Assembly (NCBI GenBank): GCA_965603825.1
Contig: CBFDEM010000051.1
Location: 1-64,000, forward strand
Length of the DNA: 64,000 nt
DNA from: Blepharisma stoltei ATCC 30299
Lineage: Eukaryota > Protista > Ciliophora
Reading direction: 5' to 3'
The stretch's first letter is position 1. Each line of letters opens with the position of its first letter. The notes under the pieces are model-generated. The model saw only the letters and a list, made by a program, of their open reading frames with translations. It ran no database searches and was not told where the DNA came from. Both the position numbers and the translations under genes were made by a program. Shown here one piece after another: positions 36,122 through 47,495 of this stretch.

Positions 36122-38677
36122 ATGAACGAGGGCTCCAAAACTCCGAGCAGATACGTAAGATCCATCTAGGATACTCTAATGCTGATTGACTGGGTAAACT
36201 CGCTAGACATTTCTTCATGTACTTTGGTCGACGCTCTCGAAGACTTGAAATCTGGTGCAGTTGTGGGGGATATAATTGCATGAATGAAAAACATCCCTTG
36301 CATCAGAGGAATTGAGCGAGTTCTAGTCTCCCAGAATGAAGCAATAAACAACTGGGTTATTGTTTTGAAAGAACTTGAAGGAATTCTGCCTAGATCTTTC
36401 CAAGAAATCGACCCTCAAGATTTATATGAAGTAAGGTTTATGAAGGATGACGTCGCTTTGATGCATTTTTTGAGATTCCTGTCTAATCTTGATAATAAAG
36501 AAGAAGAAAAAATACAAAAAGATATGCCTATGGCTCAGAATTTCAGGCCAGAAACTCCAGCGAGCACAATTCATGTGAGAAATGACTCTGCGGTCACAAA
36601 CAGGTATCAGGAATCCCCGAGAAATAGTGAAGCAACCACTCCAAGTCGTGTGTCTTCAGTCCCTGCCAAAAATAATGAAAAAACTCCTCAGAAAAATATG
36701 GGCAAGCCACCCATTCCTCCATCTGTAAATACCCCTATAAGAAAATCCACAGGCAATTTGCAGGTGAAAATTGAAGATAATTCTGATAATGAAAAGCATG
36801 TGGAGAAAGCAGCTAAATCAGAAGAAGAAATAGAAAACCCTCAAGAGCCAGTTCCTCGGCAGCATATAAACTCATATTTTTCAAAGAAAAAAGAAGACTC
36901 CCACATCTCAGATACCCCACTGAAGCCTCCAGAACAAAGCATATGTGATGCCCAGCCAGTCCCAGAAATAGTCCAAGAAGCTGTTATAGAATGGCTTGAA
37001 AGCTTACAACTAGTCCGCAAAGGGTCTTTAAATTATCAGCTCTTGCCAAATGTATGCAGGACAGGGGTGCTGTTCTGTGATGTCATCAATAGACTTGAAG
37101 GCCGTAAAGAAGCAATTAAAGGTGTTGAGAGAGCTCCAAAAAACCGTACACAAGCTTTAACGAATGTTAATAAAGTCCTTGAATTTTTAAGAACCCACCC
37201 CAAAATGAACTCGCGCTATTTATGATCAGGGAAAAATATCCTTGAAGGGGATGAGTATATAATTTGGGGTCTTCTAGAAGACATCAAAACCTACTATACA
37301 ATTGCACCGAGGGTCAATAATAACAATAAATCAAGAAATGAGGTAAAATCAAGAACTTCTCCAAATACTTCGCTTGTCATTTCTCCACCGTTTACAGCAC
37401 AGCAAAGCACAATTTTAAGCATTCCTCAGAGCTCACCCCAAAACAGAAACACTTCAGCACCTCATAAAACACAAATCTCAAGCCAGTCACCCCAAGAATT
37501 AGCCATCCCAAAGTCATTTTTACAAGAAAAAAGCAAAAATTTAAGATCATATGCAGCTTCAGCGAGGTCAAGGACTCCAGGCTCACGGTCGACACCCACT
37601 TCTCATACCCCCAGGACTAACTCTCCTCGTTCTATGAGGCCTCCTTCTGCTTATTCCTCAAAGAAAAATTCCTTTTCGGCCCAGCATTTTATTCCTGAAG
37701 AAGCCAAAAAACAAATAAGACTGTGATTATTTGCTTTGGACATTGACTACGACGAAATTTACGACAATAAATACTCAGATCCCCTGAGAAATGGCTTACT
37801 GCTATGCGAGCTGATGAAGGTCCTTGAAAATGTTCAAATAAAAATAAACCCAAACCCTAGGAACGAAAAAGCAATTAAAGAAAACTTCGAAAAAGCATTA
37901 ACAGTGATGCAAGAAAAAAGAACAGAAATCCCAGAATTTATTTATAGTGATTGTGAGATTTTGCTTAAAAATGTTGACGCTATATGAAGTTTGTTGTTTT
38001 CCTTAATGTCTGCGTACCCACAAGCTGTTTCTGTTGCTTATCAGCCTTGCTCTTTACCATATGGTGCGCTAGGTGTAAAAAAATTGGAGACTGCAATAGT
38101 AAATTGGCTAAACTCATTAAGCATTTTTAACCCTGAAAATCAGCCGAACTCATTTTTTGAAATTCTTTATGACCTAAAAACAGGAGTTTTGCTATGTGTT
38201 TTAATATCCAAGCTTTGTGGCTGAAAAATTCAAAACGTGATAAAAAATCCCAAAACTGAGCAGACTTGTTTAAATAATATTAGAAAAGCACTGGAGGTGT
38301 TGAGGAAGATGCCAAAAATGTCTCAGAAATTCACATGAAGCGAAAAAGAGATATTAAAAGGGAACTGCAGCGTCATTTTAGGGCTGCTTGAAGATATTTA
38401 CAGGTGCTACGACGGGCTGCCTACCAGGAAAGCTGGATCAGAATATCATGCAGATGGGCCTTATTTAGGCAAAGAGCAGCTTTACGCTACCAACGAGTCA
38501 AAAATCCCCAAAGACCTCCAACACATAAGAACCCCTTCATGGAAAGCCAAACAAGAGGATTCTTTTACTGGGACTTTTGGGTCTAACGACACCCCTCGAG
38601 AGCAGAACCCCAAAAAGCGAGTTTCCTATAGCGAAAAAAACCTCTCGCCAAGTCACCATATCATTGAGTCACATTAA
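36122..38677 (+). CDS. Multi calponin-homology (about 4 CH) domain protein, ~846 aa
   Basis: ATG 36122, intron 36155-36169, six TGA=Trp, TAA 38675. Repeated CH-like motifs: LIDWVNSL..DLKSG, VIEWLESL..CRTGVLFCDVINRL, LRNGLLLCELM, IVNWLNSL..DLKTGVLLCVLISKL. Confidence 0.85.
36155..36169 (+). other. 15-nt intron GTAAGATCCATCTAG
   Basis: GT..TAG with A10. Removes an in-frame TAG 11 codons after the ATG. Confidence 0.88.
36431..36445 (+). other. Candidate stop-less 15-nt intron GTAAGGTTTATGAAG
   Basis: GTAAG donor, A10, AG end. It is in frame with no stop (would encode VRFMK), so sequence alone cannot confirm it. Confidence 0.5.
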
Positions 38678-38726
38678 TTTAATTTTAATATGTATTTTCC
38701 ATCATAAAAATCATTATAATTATTAC

Positions 38727-39638
38727 CTATATGTTATAAGGAGCCAATCTTGATGTGTCTAAATCTGCAAAGTAAGGGTGTAGCAGCGCTGCTTTGGCTG
38801 AAATCCTTTTCGCTGGGTCATAGCAGACCATTTTTGATAATAAATCAATACCGTTTTCATCCAAATTCGGGACAAGTCTAGCTACTCCTGTCGTTCTTCA
38901 CTTGGGAAAAGTAGGCTTGAAATCAGGGAAACCAGTTACACCAGGGAAGTTGTCCTCGTTAGGAGTTCCCAGGCATCTGAAAATAGTGAAAAGTTGGTCG
39001 ATTTCTGAGTCACCCATAAATAAGGCCCTTTTCTGAGCCATTTCAGCAAAAATACACCCAACGCTCCAAATATCAATTGGGGTTGAGTACTGCCTTGCTC
39101 CCAGTAACACTTCTGGAGCTCGATACCACAATGTGACAATTTCATGGGTATATGTTTTAATAGGGAGCCCAAAAGCCCTTGCAAGCCCAAAATCAGCCAA
39201 TCTGATCTGTCCTTCACGGTCAATCAGGATATTCTGAGGCTTTAAATCTCTATGCAGAATTCTGTGTGTATGGCAATACGCGAGAGATGAGAGAATCTGA
39301 TAGAGAAAGTTCTTTACAGACATCGGAGGAAGCGCTGAGGATTGGGCGTTCATGAACTTTTTAAGGTCATGGTCCACAAACTCGAATAAAAGGTAAAGCT
39401 TTTGCTCTGTGTGGACGACATCTTTGAGCTTCACGACGTTGGGATGTTGAAGAGTTTTCAACAAAGAAATTTCGCGTATTGCGGTTGATGGGACTCCTTC
39501 ATCTTCTGATTCGAGTCTGATTTTCTTGAGAGCCAGGATATCTCCTGTGTTTCGGTCTCTTGCTTTGTATACAACGCCGTAGGTTCCTTCTCCGACTTTT
39601 TCGATCTTTTGGTATCTCTCTAAGACTACCCTGTCCAT
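38727..39638 (-). CDS. CDK1: Cyclin-dependent kinase (CDK1/CDK2/CDC2 type), 303 aa
   Basis: [37 protein letters not shown]. The conserved FPKW Trp is TGA 38898-900, and the frame continues ...[18 protein letters not shown] to TAG 38727. Confidence 0.96.
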
Positions 39639-40095
39639 TTCAAATTTAAAATTCGTTAAATATGAAAATCAGGGTTTCCCTCTTATTTTTTGAGTAAAAG
39701 TTTTGAATAAGAATTTGTGTGTTTTTGAATTTGGAGAGGGTTGATAGAAGGATTTGATTTTATGGTGACAAATTAGAAAGAAAACGCAAAATAAGGAAAA
39801 TTAGGACATCATTAGAATGAGAAATTATTGATAAAATTTAGTATAAGAATAGAATTTTTTTATCTGATATTTTTAATGTATAAAATAATTACTTGACTTC
39901 AAAGGAAAATTCATACAAAATATTTGTACTATTATTTTTTGAAGGAATCTAGAGCTGATTTTAATTAATTTTATTAAATATAAGAGGAATTGATATGCGA
40001 TTACTACTAATTGATATTTTGGTACTCCATACAGGTTTATGGCTTGGCACACCTCCAAATATTTAAAGCATTTAATGTGATTAAATTGCATAAAT

Positions 40096-41760
40096 ATGGG
40101 AAGACTTAGCTCTTTTTATTTTATAGTCGCGACCATACTCCTTTCAAGTGCTAAAACAGTCATGCACAAGGTATTTCCTATACCTCAAGAATTCGAAGAA
40201 GGAGAAGATATTCTATATATCGACCCGTGCCTTTTCGAAATAGCTCACAACCAAAATTTTGCACCAATCGACATTACCCCAATCCTTACTATTTATAAAT
40301 CTCGAATTTTTGGCGAAAAACTCAACCAATGCCCATCACCTAGCAATAACTCCTTATCCCCGAAGCATATTCTCAACATCCATATTTCCTCACCAATATC
40401 CGAATACTTCCCATCAAAAATAGAGTCCACTGATGAAAGTTACTCTTTAGAAATCACCCAGGACTCAACCACTATTAAAGCTAGTCAGTACTCTGGCCTG
40501 GTTCACGCTCTAGAAACATTTTCAAGACTTATTGAGCCATCTAAGAAAATAAAGAATCATTACGAAATTGAAAATATTCCCATTACTTTGCAAGACTCCC
40601 CAAGGTTCGCTTATCGAGGAATCATGATTGACACCTCGAGACACTTTTTACAAGTAAGCACTTTAATGAGAGTCATCGATGGGATGGTCATGGCCAAAAT
40701 GAGTGTCCTGCATTGGCATATTGTAGATGACGACTCATTTCCAATGCAATCCCTCTCTTATCCGACTCTGACGAACTATGCAGCTTTTTCTTCCTCACAA
40801 ATTTATAACTCAACCCAGATCCAGAATCTCGTAAAATATGCCAATATTCGGGCCATAAGGATTATTCCTGAATTCGACAATCCAGGCCATGTCCGTGCTA
40901 TAGGCTTAAGTCCTACATTTTTGCCTTTGGTGACTTGCTTTAATAAGCAGTGGGAGTATCAAATGCCAAACGGCCCTTTGATTTATGGAGGACCTCCTAC
41001 AGGTGCTTTGGATCCTTCTAATTCTCAGACTTATACCTTTATCCAAGGGATTTTCCAAGATTTAAACGCATATTTCCCTGACTCTTATGTCCACCTTGGT
41101 GGCGATGAAGTCCTTTTCTACTGCTGGAGCTCAGTACCTGCAATAGTCAATTTTATGAAAAACAATAACATACCGAGCTATAGTGCGCTAACTAATTATT
41201 ACATAAACAGAGCTAGAGGAGTTTTAACTGCAGTAAATAGTACCAAAACTGCAATTTATTGGCTCAATGAAGCCACTTTCTATTTGCAAGTGAAGCCTAC
41301 AGACATTTTGGAATTCTGGGGTTTTACATCAAATCTCACACAATTGGCGACACTTTACCCAAATAATAAAATTATTGTAGCGACTGGGGATAGATACTAT
41401 TTGGATTGTGGAATGGGCAATAAGTATGGAGGTGAGTCGTGGTGTGACCCATTTCATACATGGTGGGAAATTTATATATTGGAGCCAACAGACTATTTAA
41501 GCGCAGACCAAATTTTGGGAGGAGAAGTCACTATGTTTGCAGAGCTTGTTAATGACTTTGTGCTTGATTGGAAAATCTGGCCTCGAGCTGCAGCTATGGC
41601 ACAGCGATATTGGAACCAAAATTTGCCTTTAAATTTAACAGGGCTAGTATCAAGTTTGAACGCTCTGGTAAATACAATGAATTCTCAAGGTATTGGAGCA
41701 GGGCCAATTGATAGTAATTTTTGCAATTTGAATACCAATCTCTGCTTTGGGTCTCCATAA
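40096..41760 (+). CDS. Beta-N-acetylhexosaminidase (GH20), secreted/lysosomal, copy 1
   Basis: Signal peptide; DSPRFAYRGIMIDTSRHF, LHWHIVDDDSFP, PEFDNPGH, catalytic HLGGDE, YLDCG, IWPRAAA. Confidence 0.96.
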   Translation: MGRLSSFYFIVATILLSSAKTVMHKVFPIPQEFEEGEDILYIDPCLFEIAHNQNFAPIDITPILTIYKSRIFGEKLNQCPSPSNNSLSPKHILNIHISSPISEYFPSKIESTDESYSLEITQDSTTIKASQYSGLVHALETFSRLIEPSKKIKNHYEIENIPITLQDSPRFAYRGIMIDTSRHFLQVSTLMRVIDGMVMAKMSVLHWHIVDDDSFPMQSLSYPTLTNYAAFSSSQIYNSTQIQNLVKYANIRAIRIIPEFDNPGHVRAIGLSPTFLPLVTCFNKQWEYQMPNGPLIYGGPPTGALDPSNSQTYTFIQGIFQDLNAYFPDSYVHLGGDEVLFYCWSSVPAIVNFMKNNNIPSYSALTNYYINRARGVLTAVNSTKTAIYWLNEATFYLQVKPTDILEFWGFTSNLTQLATLYPNNKIIVATGDRYYLDCGMGNKYGGESWCDPFHTWWEIYILEPTDYLSADQILGGEVTMFAELVNDFVLDWKIWPRAAAMAQRYWNQNLPLNLTGLVSSLNALVNTMNSQGIGAGPIDSNFCNLNTNLCFGSP

Positions 41761-41823
41761 ATTAATAAAAATAATAAAGAAAATTAGCTTACATTTGGTG
41801 TGGAATAAAAATTGCTAATAAAA

Positions 41824-43470
41824 ATGGGTAAGGGATGGAATTTTGTACTGATTTCTGCAATCCTTTGCATTGCGAACGCTGAAAGTGTAAGACATAAGAT
41901 ATTTCCAACTCCGCAAGAATTCAGCGAGGGAGAAAACGTGCTTACTTTTGACGCTTGCGAGTTTGATATTAAGCATAACCAAGAAAAAGCTCCAATTGAT
42001 GTAAATCCAATCATAAAAAAATACAAATCACGAATATTTGGGAAAATTTTAGACTGCCCATCGTATTTTCTATCAAAAAGAGTCTTAGAAATTCAGATTC
42101 CTACTCTAATTCAAGAGTATTTCCCAGCAAAAATTGAAGACACTGATGAGAGTTATTCATTAAAAATAACAGAAACTGAAATTATTTTGAGCGCAAACCA
42201 GTACTCAGGGTTAGTTCATGGTCTCGAAACGTTTTCAAGGCTTATAAAGCCTTCAGATAATGGAAAATATGTGATAGAAAATGTGCCAATTACTATCCAG
42301 GATATACCGAGATTTAGTTATAGAGGGATTATGATAGACACAGCCAGGCACTTTATAGGCGCCCAGTCCATAATGAGGGTTATTGATGGGATGGCGATGG
42401 CTAAGCTGAATGTTCTCCATTGGCATATAGTAGATGACGACTCTTTCCCAATGGAGTCTCTTTCTTTCCCTAGTCTGGCAAACTACACAGCTTTTTCACT
42501 CCTCCAAACCTACTTAAAAGAAGAAATCCAAAGCATCGTTTCCTATGCAAATACCAACGCTATAAGGATAATTCCAGAATTTGACAATCCAGGACACACA
42601 AGATCTTTAGGCCTTGACCCTTCATTTAATCCTTTAGTAACTTGCTTTAATACTCATTGGCCTTACTCAATGCCAAGTGGTCCTAAAATTCAAGGAGGCC
42701 CTCCTACAGGTGCTTTGGACCCTTCAAATAGCACGACTTACTCCTTGATTGCTGGAATTTTCCAAGACCTGAACTTCTATTTTCCTGACTCTTACGTACA
42801 TTTAGGTGGCGATGAAGTCATTTTTTCATGCTGGAGCTCAGTTCCTGCGATAGTCCAATTTATGCAGCAAAACAAGATCCAGACCTACCAAGCCCTAATG
42901 AACTATTACATAAACAAAGCTCGAGGTGTGCTAACTTCAGTAAATTCTACTAAAACTGCATTATATTGGCTTAACGAAGCAACGTTTTATTTGCAAGTAA
43001 AATCAACAGATATCTTAGAATATTGGGGATTATCAGCAAACATATCAAAATTAGCAACTTTATACCCTAATAACAAAATAGTGATTGCACCAAGCGACGT
43101 GTATTATATGGACTGTGGTATGGGAAATCCATACGGAGGTATATCTTGGTGCGACCCTTATCATAGCTGGTGGAGTATCTATCTTTTAGAACCAACCCAG
43201 TATTTAAGTGCTAACCAAATTTTGGGAGGAGAAGTCCCCATGTGGGCTGAACTGGTTAATGATTGGAATATTGATGGAAAAATCTGGCCGAGGGCTGCTG
43301 GTTTAGCTGAGAGATATTGGAGCCAAAATTCGAAAGTAAATGTGCCTTCACTTGTAACGAGTTTGAATTCACTGATTGTAGCAATGAATGCTCAAGGGAT
43401 AGGTGCGAGTCCGATTACTGGGCACTATTGTGAAATCAATGGGAGCTTTTGCTTTTCAACACCATCCTAA
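41824..43470 (+). CDS. Beta-N-acetylhexosaminidase (GH20), copy 2 (tandem paralog), 548 aa
   Basis: ATG 41824, same GH20 motifs (DTARHF, HLGGDE, IWPRAAG), collinear with copy 1. Confidence 0.96.
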   Translation: MGKGWNFVLISAILCIANAESVRHKIFPTPQEFSEGENVLTFDACEFDIKHNQEKAPIDVNPIIKKYKSRIFGKILDCPSYFLSKRVLEIQIPTLIQEYFPAKIEDTDESYSLKITETEIILSANQYSGLVHGLETFSRLIKPSDNGKYVIENVPITIQDIPRFSYRGIMIDTARHFIGAQSIMRVIDGMAMAKLNVLHWHIVDDDSFPMESLSFPSLANYTAFSLLQTYLKEEIQSIVSYANTNAIRIIPEFDNPGHTRSLGLDPSFNPLVTCFNTHWPYSMPSGPKIQGGPPTGALDPSNSTTYSLIAGIFQDLNFYFPDSYVHLGGDEVIFSCWSSVPAIVQFMQQNKIQTYQALMNYYINKARGVLTSVNSTKTALYWLNEATFYLQVKSTDILEYWGLSANISKLATLYPNNKIVIAPSDVYYMDCGMGNPYGGISWCDPYHSWWSIYLLEPTQYLSANQILGGEVPMWAELVNDWNIDGKIWPRAAGLAERYWSQNSKVNVPSLVTSLNSLIVAMNAQGIGASPITGHYCEINGSFCFSTPS

Positions 43471-43517
43471 ATTAAATAAAAATTAAATAAAACATGGTGT
43501 AAATAATTAGAAATTAT

Positions 43518-44243
43518 TTACATTTGATTAAATAAGGACTCAATAAATGCTTCATTGTCCGTACAATTGCTTGGAAATTCATCTTGACTGAAGCTTATAT
43601 GATAAGTAGAAGAGCTTTCTTTTACGGTAGAGTCATGAGGAAAATAATTGTAGAGGTCATTTGAGCCATAGTCATAGAAAACGAACCAAAGATCTGAGCC
43701 TGGCTGGCATTTTCTCGAGAGTTCTTGTGCACCGAAATTTTTAAATCACTCTTGAAAGTATTTTACAAATGAAGGATGGGAGAATAAATAATTTTTATAC
43801 TTGCGACCATAAGATAAAAACTTGTTCCCTTTATCTGGCTTACCTTTTGAAGACACGTAACTTGCTCAAAAAGAGTTGTCTTCTGCAGTGAGTTTTGTTT
43901 TGAAGTGATGGTAATTATTGGAAATATAAGAGCGGAAGCTTCTAAGCCAGAATTTGTCCTTTTCTTCTGTTTTCTTTTTGATAGGATCATTGGGCCTTAT
44001 CGGCTTTCTTCCTCTTTTCCTTCGGGAATGATTAGGAGCTGTATCACAATCAAGGAATTTTTGATTTCATGACCCATTCAGGCTTTCATCAAGATCTAAA
44101 TTTAAAGCTGACTTCAAAGGAAATTCAGCAATATGGTCGTATTTGGTCTCTTCTATAAAAAATTCCTCCTCAATTCTGCTATTTTGTGCTTCCTGGCTGA
44201 ATCTGGTTTCAAAATTCAAAAAATCGATATTGATCTTATCCAT
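43518..44243 (-). CDS. 241-aa protein with AT-hook-like RRKRGRKP motif and an aromatic-rich domain; not in the ORF track
   Basis: ATG 44243 to TAA 43518 in one frame with three TGA. Reads RRKRGRKPIRPNDPIKKKTEEKDKFWLRSFRSYI..F(W)ASY..GKPDKGNKFLSYGRKYKNYLFSHPSFVKYFQE(W)F..PGSDLWFVFYDY. Confidence 0.82.
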
Positions 44244-44351
44244 TTACTTCGCCTATATTTTAACTGAGGAAATTAGTTAATATCCAGATAATTTATATAA
44301 TATTCGCATAAAAGAAATAAAAAGATAAATTAATGTAATAATTTTAATTGG

Positions 44352-45044
44352 ATGAGACCAACACTTTTAGGATTTCGTAGCCCTAAAGAGCAGACTCCGG
44401 ACCCTTACTATACAACAGTCACATATGAAGGAAGATCATTGTCATTCAGTCCTCCAAAAGGAGACATCAAACGTACAAGCTTCTCTAAAGAAAAACGCTT
44501 TGGGGTTTACTCTCAAAATGCAAAAAAGCTAGGCTATCTGTTAGGGCCAGGCACCCACAGTCCTGAAAACCTGACAATTGGAAAAGAAAAGATCGCTGGA
44601 GGGCACCTTTATAAAGGCTTCCATGGTGGAAAATCCAATAAAAACGAAGGATACTTCATGGTAGGAAATCATCTAGTATTTAGTGCGCACTATATGACGC
44701 CCAGCAAGCGGCACTCAGTCACCGACATGGACTGCAAGCTGGATAGTAGCTACTACACGAATTCCAGATCAAGAAGGCCGTTTTCCAGCATGTCCTCAGA
44801 AAGAACGACCACAAGCGACCAACGCAACGTTTCCACAGCTTCTTCCGGCTACCGAAGGAAACTTATTTCTTCCTTAAAAAAAGACTTGTTTGGGGTAAAG
44901 CCTCAGAAAACTAGGAAAAACCACTCAGAATTGATTGGCGACAAAAAAGAGAAAAAGCTTAAAAAATACAACAGTAGCTCGACGAAATATAGGAAGCTTG
45001 TGAGGAAACTGCTATCGTCAAGGTATGATAGATCTTTTTGTTAA
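44352..45044 (+). CDS. Hypothetical basic protein, 230 aa
   Basis: Uninterrupted ORF with coding-like GC content, divergent from the 44243 gene. Confidence 0.75.
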   Translation: MRPTLLGFRSPKEQTPDPYYTTVTYEGRSLSFSPPKGDIKRTSFSKEKRFGVYSQNAKKLGYLLGPGTHSPENLTIGKEKIAGGHLYKGFHGGKSNKNEGYFMVGNHLVFSAHYMTPSKRHSVTDMDCKLDSSYYTNSRSRRPFSSMSSERTTTSDQRNVSTASSGYRRKLISSLKKDLFGVKPQKTRKNHSELIGDKKEKKLKKYNSSSTKYRKLVRKLLSSRYDRSFC

Positions 45045-45078
45045 TTTTTATCGATAAATTTTAACTGAAAATGTAAAA

Positions 45079-47475
45079 TTAAAGGGGAGATCTGGGAATT
45101 TTGTCTCGTGATACAAAGGCGTAGGTGAACTCGCCGGTGCCTTGAGGAGTCATGAGAGCAGGCTCTGCCTTGGCTGGAGCTTCTTTAGGTGGTTGAGGGG
45201 TAGGCTGTTGAGCTGTAGGTTGCTGAGGAGAATTTTGCTGGGGGATTTGCTTTTTCTGCTCAGGGACTTTTTGTTCTTCAATTTTGACTGGCTCTCTAAC
45301 CCCAGTGTCTGGGGTTCTTGGTATTTTGGGCTTAGACTTCATTTCTGTAGGGACTTTTTTATCGGCTGGCTGTGCTGGTGTTACAGGTCTACTAGGTGGT
45401 TTGCCTGGATCATTTAAATTGACCTTACTGCTGTTTCCCCCCATTTTTGCCATGTATTTAGCATTAAGCAAGTCTTCTCCTACCAAAACTCCACTTTCTT
45501 TAATAATGTCGTCCATATCTTCATCTTCTGCTATAAAATCATCAATTTCGCTTTCTTCTTCATCTCTGTCTTCTACATCATCATCATTGTCATCAGACAA
45601 GCAGTCTTCTTCCTGCTCATTATAAAGCTGGTCCAGTATATACTGAATTTGTCGCTTAAAATGCTCATCAGAGTTTTGCATTAGATATTTTAAGGCATCT
45701 TCCATGCCAAGCTGTAATGCATGCTCTTTGAGCTTTTTTCGGGTTAAAATACTATATAAGGTGCCATTCACATAAGTTCTTACCTGAGTATTTTCATGCT
45801 CTAATAAATTATTTAAAATTGCTATAATATCAAGCTGGCTTTTTTCTATATTGTTTTTCCCAGCAGTTCTTAATGAAAGATTCATCAATAGAGCTGTAGC
45901 ATACTCAAGCGAATAATAAGAAATTGAATCGACTTCATGCTTAAGCAATCGGGCTAGCCAGTCTATCATATTCAGCTCAATCATCGTAGATTGCGCTTGT
46001 CTTCTTAGCGACAGCTTCTGCAGCGTCCCCAATGCGTTTTGCCTCAAAATTGAGTCTTCTTTTTCTTCAAATAAAATAGCTGACAAAATTTCAATGACAT
46101 TTTCTTTGGTCAATAAATAAGTTCTCCCTGAGCATTCTGAAGCAATTACATTAAGAAATCTGACTGTATATTCTTTAACCCTTTTATTCCAGCTCAATAA
46201 CTTATCAAGCAAGATGTCATGTGGCTTTGCAGTGCATAAAATATTGTATTTTATATAAGCACTCAGCATTTCTTTCCGAAGAAGACTTTGAGATCTTGAC
46301 AAGCGCCATCTTAAAGCTTGCAAAAGGGCACAGACTTGTAAATCGTCTTGCAGGGAGCTTAAGTCTCTTATAACAATTGCATAATTTAGCTGAGGGAGGT
46401 TAGCATAGCCTTTTACCATAGGCTTTTCAGACCTCATTGGAGCAAGGGAAGATTCACTTACATCTGCACGTCTTGGGGAAGGCGTGAAATCAGAATTGCT
46501 ATGATCAGCTTGTGAATATGAAAACGAGGCGCCACCTGAAAGCTCATCATTGGAAATATTCAAGAAATTGTCATACCTCACAATCTTGTCAAAAATCGCC
46601 TCCAAAAGAGACTGATTAGGATTTTGGCCTCTTTTGCAAGCTTCGACGACTCGGTAAAGCTCTTTGGTCATATTCAAAATGTCTTTAGAAAAGTTTGTCC
46701 ATTTAGTCTGGCTTTCCAAAAGGGTGTTTCTAGCATATTCTTCTCGCTTCTGCAAAATGATATATTGGTTGTTCAAATCTTCCAGCTCTTGTTTGGCGAC
46801 CGCAAACTGGGCTTCAAGCTCCTCAAATGCAGCGTTGCTTTCTCTGCCTGTTTTTCCTCTCGGCTGGACCCTTTTTCCTTTATCCTGATTATAAGCTTTA
46901 TACATTTGGACAAGAAGAGGCTCCTGGTTTTGCCCTGAGTGTGCCTTATAAAATTTAGAAACCCTTTCTTTAAGTTCTGTGGCCCAGCCTCTTGTAAATA
47001 AAATCTTAAAAGAAGGGTGCTCAGCTGGATTCGGTATATATGGCAATGCATAAAAATGCAAAAACTCTTCAGTCTTAGACAGTTCTGCACCTTTGGTGTT
47101 TAAAAACTCTTTGAAGCTTTCCATGCGGTTTTTGTATTCATTTCCATCATCTTTTTTCTGCCGGTTCAATGGGTGAATTGGAAAAACCGAAAAATAAACA
47201 TGGGCATAAAAATCCAATTTTTGGCCTTCTGTAGACTTTGAGGCATTTAAAGGCACGAACCGGGACCAGAGCCTGAAAAAACTGTCCTTGTCTCCTGTAT
47301 CCAAACTTTTAATTATCAATGATAATGCTTGAGAATCTTCTGATTTATTTCTCGCAGCTGTCATCTCATGCTGAAACACCTCCAGGGTATTTAAAAACCC
47401 GCTTTTCAGCAAGTATTCGTGAATCACTTGCAATAAATTTTCGCCAGAGTTCCCCTGTTTTCCTTGGGCTTTCAT
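45079..47475 (-). CDS. ARMC9: LisH/ARM-repeat ciliary protein ARMC9-like, 798 aa
   Basis: N-terminal LisH (VIHEYLLKSGFLNTLEVF), EFLHFYALPYIPNP.EHPSF, LLQALRWRL, ALGTLQKLSLRR, YSLEYATALLMNLSLRT, RTYVNGTLYS. Confidence 0.88.
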   Translation of the reverse strand: MKAQGKQGNSGENLLQVIHEYLLKSGFLNTLEVFQHEMTAARNKSEDSQALSLIIKSLDTGDKDSFFRLWSRFVPLNASKSTEGQKLDFYAHVYFSVFPIHPLNRQKKDDGNEYKNRMESFKEFLNTKGAELSKTEEFLHFYALPYIPNPAEHPSFKILFTRGWATELKERVSKFYKAHSGQNQEPLLVQMYKAYNQDKGKRVQPRGKTGRESNAAFEELEAQFAVAKQELEDLNNQYIILQKREEYARNTLLESQTKWTNFSKDILNMTKELYRVVEACKRGQNPNQSLLEAIFDKIVRYDNFLNISNDELSGGASFSYSQADHSNSDFTPSPRRADVSESSLAPMRSEKPMVKGYANLPQLNYAIVIRDLSSLQDDLQVCALLQALRWRLSRSQSLLRKEMLSAYIKYNILCTAKPHDILLDKLLSWNKRVKEYTVRFLNVIASECSGRTYLLTKENVIEILSAILFEEKEDSILRQNALGTLQKLSLRRQAQSTMIELNMIDWLARLLKHEVDSISYYSLEYATALLMNLSLRTAGKNNIEKSQLDIIAILNNLLEHENTQVRTYVNGTLYSILTRKKLKEHALQLGMEDALKYLMQNSDEHFKRQIQYILDQLYNEQEEDCLSDDNDDDVEDRDEEESEIDDFIAEDEDMDDIIKESGVLVGEDLLNAKYMAKMGGNSSKVNLNDPGKPPSRPVTPAQPADKKVPTEMKSKPKIPRTPDTGVREPVKIEEQKVPEQKKQIPQQNSPQQPTAQQPTPQPPKEAPAKAEPALMTPQGTGEFTYAFVSRDKIPRSPL

Positions 47476-47495
47476 TTAATATATTAGAGAATTCA

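Noticed and set aside
27294-43470. GFAT plus GH20 pair as an amino-sugar gene cluster
   Set aside because: They are separated by about 11 kb of unrelated genes (CDPK, F-box, CH, CDK), and the pathways run in opposite directions and different compartments.
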